The notes beneath the pieces are model-generated. The model was not told the origin of the DNA. It did no database searches and worked only from the letters and a program-made list of their open reading frames with translations. Below, piece after piece: positions 58,066-64,000 of a DNA stretch of 64,000 nt. The stretch covers positions 100,864 through 164,863 of the forward strand of contig JAOABP010000005.1 of assembly GCA_026418295.1 (NCBI GenBank), read 5' to 3'. The DNA is from a candidate division WOR-3 bacterium. Its GTDB lineage: Bacteria > Hydrothermota > Tepidihabitantia > Tepidihabitantales > Tepidihabitantaceae. Both the position numbers and the translations under genes were made by a program. The stretch's first letter is position 1. Every line of letters starts with the position of its first letter.

Positions 58066-61047
58066 ATGGATAATCGGATGTCTTCTGATTCACCCCAGAA
58101 AACAGTTTTTCAGCCAGTACCGGCTCAGCCGGACTATCAGGCTATTCAGCACCGGATACTGAAATTTTGGGAGCAGGGGCGGCATTTTTACCGGCTGATG
58201 GCACGGAACCGCGGTAATCCGAAATTCAAATTTCTTGACGGTCCGATTACTGCCAACGGTCCGATGGGTGTGCATCATGCCTGGGGCAGGACCTATAAGG
58301 ATCTGTTTCAGCGATACAAGGCGATGCAGGGTTTTGATCAGCGCTTCCAGAACGGCTTTGACTGTCAGGGGCTCTGGGTTGAGGTAGAGGTAGAAAAGGA
58401 ACTGGGTTTCAAGTCCAAGCGGGACATCGAGAAGTTCGGGATCGACCGGTTTGTGGAGAAATGCAAGGAGCGGGTACTGCGTTTCTCCCGGATTCAGACT
58501 CAGCAGTCAATCCTGATTGGACAGTGGATGGACTGGGAGAACTCATATTATACCATGTCGGAAGAAAACAACTACTCCATCTGGTATTTTCTCAAGGAGT
58601 GTCATCGCCGCGGGTTGATTTATGAGGGAACCGATGTCATGCCCTGGTGTGCCCGGTGCGGGACCGCGATTTCTGATATGGAGATTGCCACCGAGGGCTA
58701 CCGGGAACTGACTCATCCGGCAGTTTATGTCAGATTCCCTCTTGTTGAAAGAGAAGGTGAAAGTCTGCTGGTCTGGACGACAACCCCGTGGACCCTGAGT
58801 TCTAACACCGGGGCTGCGGTTCATCCGGATCTGACCTATGTCCGGGCAAGACTCGGGGATGAGGTGCTGATACTGGCGCAGGAGCGACTGGCGGTGCTGG
58901 GCACTGACTTCCGGGTGCTTGAAGAGATTCCCGGTTCGGAACTTGCCGGGCTGAAGTACCGTGGTCCTTTTGACGAACTGCCTGCTCAGCAGGGTGTCGA
59001 GCACCGGGTTGTTCTCTGGGAGGATGTCAGTGCTAATGAAGGCACGGGTATTGTGCACATCGCACCCGGGTGCGGCAAGGAGGATTTCCTTCTGGGGAAG
59101 GAGCAGGGTCTGGCGGTAATTGCTCCGCTGCTGGAAGACGGCACATTCCAGGAGGGTTTTGACTGGCTGACCGGCAGGTTTGCGGGGGAAGTTGCATCCG
59201 ATATCTTTGAAAACTTGCGGAGCAAGGGACTGCTTTTCTGCGTTGAGGATTATACTCACCGTTATCCGGTCTGCTGGCGTTGCGGTCAGGAGCTGGTCTT
59301 CCGGCTCGTGGATGAGTGGTTCATCCGGATGGATCCGTTGCGGGAGGAGATAATGAATTCGGCGCGGCAGGTGCGCTGGATCCCTGAGTTCGGTCTGGAC
59401 CGCGAACTGGACTGGTTGCGCAATATGTCCGACTGGTGCATCTCCAAGAAGCGTTACTGGGGTCTGGCGCTGCCGATTTTCAAATGCCGCTGTGGCTGGT
59501 TTGATGTCATTGGCTCGCGGGAAGAGCTGAGACAGCGGGCAGTAGCCGGCTGGGAACGGTTTGAGGGTCACACACCTCATCGTCCGTGGGTTGATGAGGT
59601 CAAAATTGCCTGCCCCCAATGCGGCAGTCCTGTTTCCCGGATTAAGGACGTGGGTAACCCCTGGCTGGATGCGGGGATTGTGCCCTTTTCTACCACCCAT
59701 TATCTGAGCGACCGCCAATACTGGCAGGAGTGGTTTCCATTTGATTTTATCACCGAATCGTTTCCGGGGCAGTTCCGGAACTGGTTCTATGCGATACTGG
59801 CGATGAGTACAGTGCTGGAAAAATGTTCACCTTTCAAGACGGTGCTGGGCTATGCGACGATGAAGGCGGAGGACGGACGGGAGATGCATAAATCTTGGGG
59901 AAATGCGATTGAGGTGGAGGAGGCGGTTGAGAAGATGGGGGCGGATGTGATGCGCTGGGTATTTGCCCGCCACAATCCGGTTCAGAATCTGCTTTTCGGT
60001 TTCAAGGTCGGGCAGGAAGTCCGACGTAAGCTGCTGACCTTCTGGAATGTTTACGGATTTTTTGTCACCTATGCCAACATTGATCAGATCAATCCGGTGA
60101 AACTTCAGGTTGAGGCGGAGGACCTGACTCTGCTGGATCGCTGGATTTTATCCCGTCTGAATTCACTGGTGAAACTGGCGCGTAACCGTCTTGATGATTA
60201 CGACTGTATGAGTGTGGCACTGGCGGTTGAGGATTTTATTGAGGATCTGTCCACCTGGTATGTCCGCCGGAACCGGCGGCGCTTCTGGAAATCGGCAGAA
60301 GACCGGGATAAAGCAGCTGCCTACTATACGCTCTATCAGTGTATAGTGACGCTGATAAAGCTGGTGGCGCCGATCATGCCCTTCATAACTGAGGATATAT
60401 ATCAGAATCTCGTCCGGAGCTGTGATGCCGATGCCCCAGATAGCATCCATCTGTGTTTTTACCCCGAACCGGATGAGAAAATGATCAACTTGGAACTGGA
60501 GCGGGAGATGAAGATGGTCCGGGCGCTGGTTTCCCTTGGTCATGCGGCGCGGGAAAAGGCACAGATCAAGGTCCGTCAACCTCTCTCCCGGATGATCGTG
60601 AATATAAAATCAGCCGGCAGCCGGGACTGGTTGCTGCCGTACGCTGATATCATCCGGGATGAGCTCAATGTCCGGGAGCTTCAGTTTGCCGATCCCAATG
60701 AGCTGTCCGGCTCGGGACTGGTCATTCAGGAGGATGAGGATTATGTCATCGGGCTGGATACCAGTTTAACTCCGGAGCTGGAGTATGAAGGTATTGCCCG
60801 GGAACTGGTGCGCAAGATTCAGAATATGCGCAAATCTGCCGGATTTGAAGTCGTGGACCGGATTGCACTCAGCTGCCAGTGTGCGGGCAAACTGGAGGCG
60901 GCGATCCGGATGTTCTCTGACTATATCCGCCAGGAAACTCTTGCGCAGGATATCACCTTTGCACCCCTGACGGATTATGACTCGGTCGCCGAGTTTGTTA
61001 TCAATAACTGTCCGGTCCGTGTGGAAATAAAGAGAGAGAGGAAGTAA
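58066..61047 (+). CDS. ileS: Isoleucine--tRNA ligase, type 2 (IleRS2)
   Basis: DGPITANG, GFDCQGL, WTTTPWTL, GTGIVHIAPG, DWCISKKRYWG; signature motifs read GVHH and EMHKS. Confidence 0.95.
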   Translation: MDNRMSSDSPQKTVFQPVPAQPDYQAIQHRILKFWEQGRHFYRLMARNRGNPKFKFLDGPITANGPMGVHHAWGRTYKDLFQRYKAMQGFDQRFQNGFDCQGLWVEVEVEKELGFKSKRDIEKFGIDRFVEKCKERVLRFSRIQTQQSILIGQWMDWENSYYTMSEENNYSIWYFLKECHRRGLIYEGTDVMPWCARCGTAISDMEIATEGYRELTHPAVYVRFPLVEREGESLLVWTTTPWTLSSNTGAAVHPDLTYVRARLGDEVLILAQERLAVLGTDFRVLEEIPGSELAGLKYRGPFDELPAQQGVEHRVVLWEDVSANEGTGIVHIAPGCGKEDFLLGKEQGLAVIAPLLEDGTFQEGFDWLTGRFAGEVASDIFENLRSKGLLFCVEDYTHRYPVCWRCGQELVFRLVDEWFIRMDPLREEIMNSARQVRWIPEFGLDRELDWLRNMSDWCISKKRYWGLALPIFKCRCGWFDVIGSREELRQRAVAGWERFEGHTPHRPWVDEVKIACPQCGSPVSRIKDVGNPWLDAGIVPFSTTHYLSDRQYWQEWFPFDFITESFPGQFRNWFYAILAMSTVLEKCSPFKTVLGYATMKAEDGREMHKSWGNAIEVEEAVEKMGADVMRWVFARHNPVQNLLFGFKVGQEVRRKLLTFWNVYGFFVTYANIDQINPVKLQVEAEDLTLLDRWILSRLNSLVKLARNRLDDYDCMSVALAVEDFIEDLSTWYVRRNRRRFWKSAEDRDKAAAYYTLYQCIVTLIKLVAPIMPFITEDIYQNLVRSCDADAPDSIHLCFYPEPDEKMINLELEREMKMVRALVSLGHAAREKAQIKVRQPLSRMIVNIKSAGSRDWLLPYADIIRDELNVRELQFADPNELSGSGLVIQEDEDYVIGLDTSLTPELEYEGIARELVRKIQNMRKSAGFEVVDRIALSCQCAGKLEAAIRMFSDYIRQETLAQDITFAPLTDYDSVAEFVINNCPVRVEIKRERK

Positions 61048-61439
61048 TGGCACAAAAGAAACAGAAAGCCGGCTCACCCCTGAGCAAAAAGGACCTGCTG
61101 CGGCTGGAAAAGGCGCTGCTGGAGGAGAAACAGCGGGTGCTCCGTCAGAGCAGTTTCACCCAGCAAGTTATGGACACACCTGCTGCTGCCGGCGATCTTT
61201 CCAGCCATCGCACCCATGTTGCTGATCAGGGGACGGAAAACTACCAGCGGGAACTGGCATCCCAGCTTAAGTCAATTGAGTCCGATGCCCTGCGGGAGAT
61301 TGACGCCGCCCTAGACCGAATTGCCCGTGGAACTTACGGAATCTGCGAGCGCTGCGGTGAGCCGATACCACTGGCACGCCTGGAAGTGATACCCTATGCC
61401 CGGCTGTGCATGAAGTGTCTGAAAAGTCGGCAGACTTAA
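61047..61439 (+). CDS. DksA/TraR family C4 zinc-finger protein
   Basis: HVADQGTE, EIDAALDRI, YGICERCGEPI..ARL...CMKC. Confidence 0.88.
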   Translation: MAQKKQKAGSPLSKKDLLRLEKALLEEKQRVLRQSSFTQQVMDTPAAAGDLSSHRTHVADQGTENYQRELASQLKSIESDALREIDAALDRIARGTYGICERCGEPIPLARLEVIPYARLCMKCLKSRQT

Positions 61440-61498
61440 ACCCAGGAGTCAACCCGGGACAGCGGCAGCGGGCTGACACTGGCGGGTCGAATCACCGC

Positions 61499-62221
61499 TT
61501 GGAGCGAAATATCCGCCTGACAATTGAGTTTGACGGTACCGCCTATGCCGGCTGGCAGATTCAACCCAACTGCCAGACGGTACAGGGTATGCTTACAGCA
61601 GCTGTTGAAGCGGTTCTGGGTACAAAGGTTGTAGTCCATGGCTGCAGCCGGACTGATGCGGGGGTGTCGGCGCGGAACTATGTGGCTAACTTCCGCTGTC
61701 CGGTAAAAATGCCGGTTGAGCGTATCCCGCCGGCACTTAATTACCATCTGCCCGATGATATTTTTGTGAAAGCTGCTGAAGTTGTTGCCGACGATTTTCA
61801 CGCCCGTTACAGTGCCCGGGGAAAAGTTTATTCCTATTACATTGTCTGCGGGCGGTCGCCGTTAAGACGAAGGTTTGCCTGGGAATATACCGGCAGAATT
61901 GATATTGGGCGACTGAAAGACTGCGGGCAGCTGTTCCTCGGTGCCAGCGATTTCAGCCGGTTCTGCTATGACCGCTCGGGCAGCGGCTGGTGCACGGTAC
62001 GGTCAATTACAGTCCGGCAGCATTGCGACGAGCTCATCATAACCGTGCGGGGCGACCGGTTTCTCTATAAGATGGTACGGCGGATTGTCGGCGCACTGGT
62101 GGCGTATGCCAGCGGCAGAATCACTAAAAAGGATATCCGCGCCGCACTGAACGGGAAAAAGCACCGTCCTTTCGTCACCGCACCCGCCTGCGGTCTGATC
62201 CTCGAGCGGGTGATTTATTGA
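61499..62221 (+). CDS. truA: tRNA pseudouridine(38-40) synthase
   Basis: FDGTAYAGWQ, SRTDAGV, FHARYSA, FLYKMVR; TTG at 61499 is the likely start. Confidence 0.93.
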   Translation: MERNIRLTIEFDGTAYAGWQIQPNCQTVQGMLTAAVEAVLGTKVVVHGCSRTDAGVSARNYVANFRCPVKMPVERIPPALNYHLPDDIFVKAAEVVADDFHARYSARGKVYSYYIVCGRSPLRRRFAWEYTGRIDIGRLKDCGQLFLGASDFSRFCYDRSGSGWCTVRSITVRQHCDELIITVRGDRFLYKMVRRIVGALVAYASGRITKKDIRAALNGKKHRPFVTAPACGLILERVIY

Positions 62222-62247
62222 CTGTTGACATCCGCTTTTCAGACTGA

Positions 62248-63495
62248 TTACTGCTCCCGGTAGCGCCGGGCGGCATCATCCAGCGCCTGTTGCGGTGTTT
62301 TCGCTCCCAGTGTTGCCGCCTCCAGTTCTTCCACCAGCGCTTTTCTGCCGGCAAGCCACTTCAAGCCCCGGGGTTCGAACACCCCGTATTCGAGCTGCCG
62401 GTAGGCGGCGAGCAGTCCCGGCGTGGTGGCAAAGCGCTCTTGAAGTTGCGGGTCGTCCAGACAGGAACGGTGAATCGGCACATACCAGGTACCCAGCGAC
62501 CATTTTACCTGCTGTTTCGGAGCAATGAACCATTTGATAAAGCGCCAAGCTGCCTTTTTTTCTGCCGGTGAAGCCTTCTTGAACATGCCGATGTTTGTGC
62601 CGTAGATGATGGCGGCAGGTTTACCTTCTACCGGAATCGGTGCCATGCCGACCGGAAATTTTTCCTGTCCGGCAATCGGGGCGCGCCAGGTGGAACTGCC
62701 GGTAATGGTGGCGATTCTGCCGACAAGAAAATCTTCCATCGGGTTTCTGCCGGTGGCGGTAGTCTGAACACTGTCCCGGAATATCAGATCAAGCTGAAAG
62801 GAAAGCACCTCAACGCCAAGCGGACTGTTGAATTCTGGTTCGCCATCCTCGTGGCTGAGAAATCTGCCGCCGCGCTGAAAGAGCATTGAACCGAAAATCC
62901 AGATATCGGTACCATTGGCGGTTGCCCAGGTTGCGATTGTGCCGTCAGGATTCCGGCGCAGCAGTTTCCGGCACATCTGGCGGAATTCGGACCAGGTGCG
63001 GGGAAATGAGTCGTAGCCTGCCTGTCGGAGCAGTTCAACATTGTAGTAGTAAACCGGGACACTTTTGTTGAACGGCAGTGTAAGGATTTTCCCGTCCCAG
63101 CGATTGTTTTCCAGCAGCCCCGGATAGATATCAGCAATTTCGGAACTGTCCATGCCATCCGGTCCCAGGATGTAATCCTCAAGAAATTCGAGCTGACCTG
63201 CTGCGTAAAGCTGCGTAGTCCAGTTTTCATACATCTGGGCAATAGTGGGCGGATTCTGGACCGCAACCGCACCCAGCAGTTTCTGTGCCAGCGCATCATA
63301 GTTTCCCATACCGACGAGCTCGATCTTGATATCCGGATTTTCCCGCTCAAACTCCTCCACCATCAGCTTGAGCGTTTTCTGGGCTTCTCCACCCATCGCA
63401 TGCCAGAACTTTACCTTTACCTTTTCGCTCCCGGAACGACAGTCAGGAGCAAGGATTGAGATTGTGAAAAGTAAGGGCAGCAGCCAGTGGCGCAT
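62248..63495 (-). CDS. ABC transporter substrate-binding protein (sugar/UgpB-like family)
   Basis: FWHAMGG, LPFNKS..YYN, AWRFIKW, PQQALDDA. Confidence 0.85.
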   Translation of the reverse strand: MRHWLLPLLFTISILAPDCRSGSEKVKVKFWHAMGGEAQKTLKLMVEEFERENPDIKIELVGMGNYDALAQKLLGAVAVQNPPTIAQMYENWTTQLYAAGQLEFLEDYILGPDGMDSSEIADIYPGLLENNRWDGKILTLPFNKSVPVYYYNVELLRQAGYDSFPRTWSEFRQMCRKLLRRNPDGTIATWATANGTDIWIFGSMLFQRGGRFLSHEDGEPEFNSPLGVEVLSFQLDLIFRDSVQTTATGRNPMEDFLVGRIATITGSSTWRAPIAGQEKFPVGMAPIPVEGKPAAIIYGTNIGMFKKASPAEKKAAWRFIKWFIAPKQQVKWSLGTWYVPIHRSCLDDPQLQERFATTPGLLAAYRQLEYGVFEPRGLKWLAGRKALVEELEAATLGAKTPQQALDDAARRYREQ

Positions 63496-63595
63496 AAATA
63501 AATTTTAGCCGCAGACACCGCGCTGTCAAACTGCCGGTTCCATCGATTAAACAGATTTGACAGCAAATGCATATTTTTTATAATTTTTGAGTTCC

Positions 63596-63677
63596 GCCGG
63601 GGTGGTGGAAATGGCAGACACGCATGGTTGAGGGCCATGTGCCTCACGGCATGCAGGTTCAAATCCTGTCCCCGGCA
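63596..63677 (+). tRNA. tRNA-Leu(GAG), CCA not encoded
   Basis: Acceptor GCCGGGG/TCCCGGC-like stem; anticodon arm CATGG-TTGAGGG-CCATG; long variable arm; GGTTCAAATCC T-arm; promoter TTGACA-16-TATAAT upstream. Confidence 0.95.
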
Positions 63678-63690
63678 CTGAGAAATCCGC

Positions 63691-64000
63691 ATGAAAGTCC
63701 CCCGGGTTTTAATAATTGTGCTGGATGGTGTTGGTTGTGGTGAACTGCCGGATGCAGCCCGGTTTAACGATTGCGGGTCCAACACACTGAAGAATCTGGC
63801 GCAGGCAATGGGTGGGCTTAATCTGCCCAACCTTACCCGGCTCGGACTGGGAAATATCATTGAGATTCCCGGTGTGCCGGCACAGCGTAATCCACAGGCA
63901 GCATTCGGAATGATGGCGGAGAAATCAGCAGGTAAGGATTCAACTACTGGGCACTGGGAGATTGCCGGTGTCGTTACGGTCGAGCCATTTCCAGTTTTCC
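63691..64000 (+). CDS. deoB: Phosphopentomutase, 5' part only (runs off the window)
   Basis: Manual translation MKVPRVLIIVLDGVGCGELPDAARFNDCGSNTL...LPNLTRLGLG...SAGKDSTTGHWEIAG. Confidence 0.92.
   Translation, partial: MKVPRVLIIVLDGVGCGELPDAARFNDCGSNTLKNLAQAMGGLNLPNLTRLGLGNIIEIPGVPAQRNPQAAFGMMAEKSAGKDSTTGHWEIAGVVTVEPFPVF

Noticed and set aside
63596-63690. tRNA as an integration site
   Set aside because: deoB follows after 13 bp, and I saw no duplicated tRNA 3' end or integrase in the window.

Overview
A gene-dense, moderately GC-rich chromosomal segment from an anaerobic diderm bacterium. The gene style (T9SS-like C-terminal domains, Kelch-type 'ALKGxxTxEFWRY' propellers, Hdr cluster) suggests candidate phylum WOR-3 or a relative, but this is an inference. 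From left to right it holds partial purF, a dinB plus LexA/UmuD-like cassette with a GAAC-N4-GTTC operator, PflX radical SAM, uvrB, and a two-gene secreted-protein locus broken by two frameshifts. Next come an htrA-purB-acyl-CoA dehydrogenase-small protein-DUF362 operon, two large paralogous secreted propeller proteins, a C25 peptidase, a YadA-head-like fibre protein next to REP-like palindromes, patatin-Omp85, a QueG-like protein and mnmG. These are followed by an operon of PorV-like barrel, HhH barrel, second barrel, 5'-nucleotidase, RecJ and RlmI, then a 13 kb hdrCBA-hdrL-mvhD-fdhB-like-hdrC2-hdrA cluster and archease. The right end carries iscS/nifS, lspA, a TackOD1-Mrr-like protein, an Ig-fused Na/Pi cotransporter, a candidate ~90 nt sRNA, DOMON, hydrolase and PQQ-propeller proteins, ileS with a GVHH motif, a dksA-like gene, truA, an ABC substrate-binding protein, tRNA-Leu(GAG) and partial deoB. 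Many operon-first genes appear leaderless. I saw no CRISPR array, transposase, integrase or rRNA. All calls come from reading motifs by eye; no database search was run.
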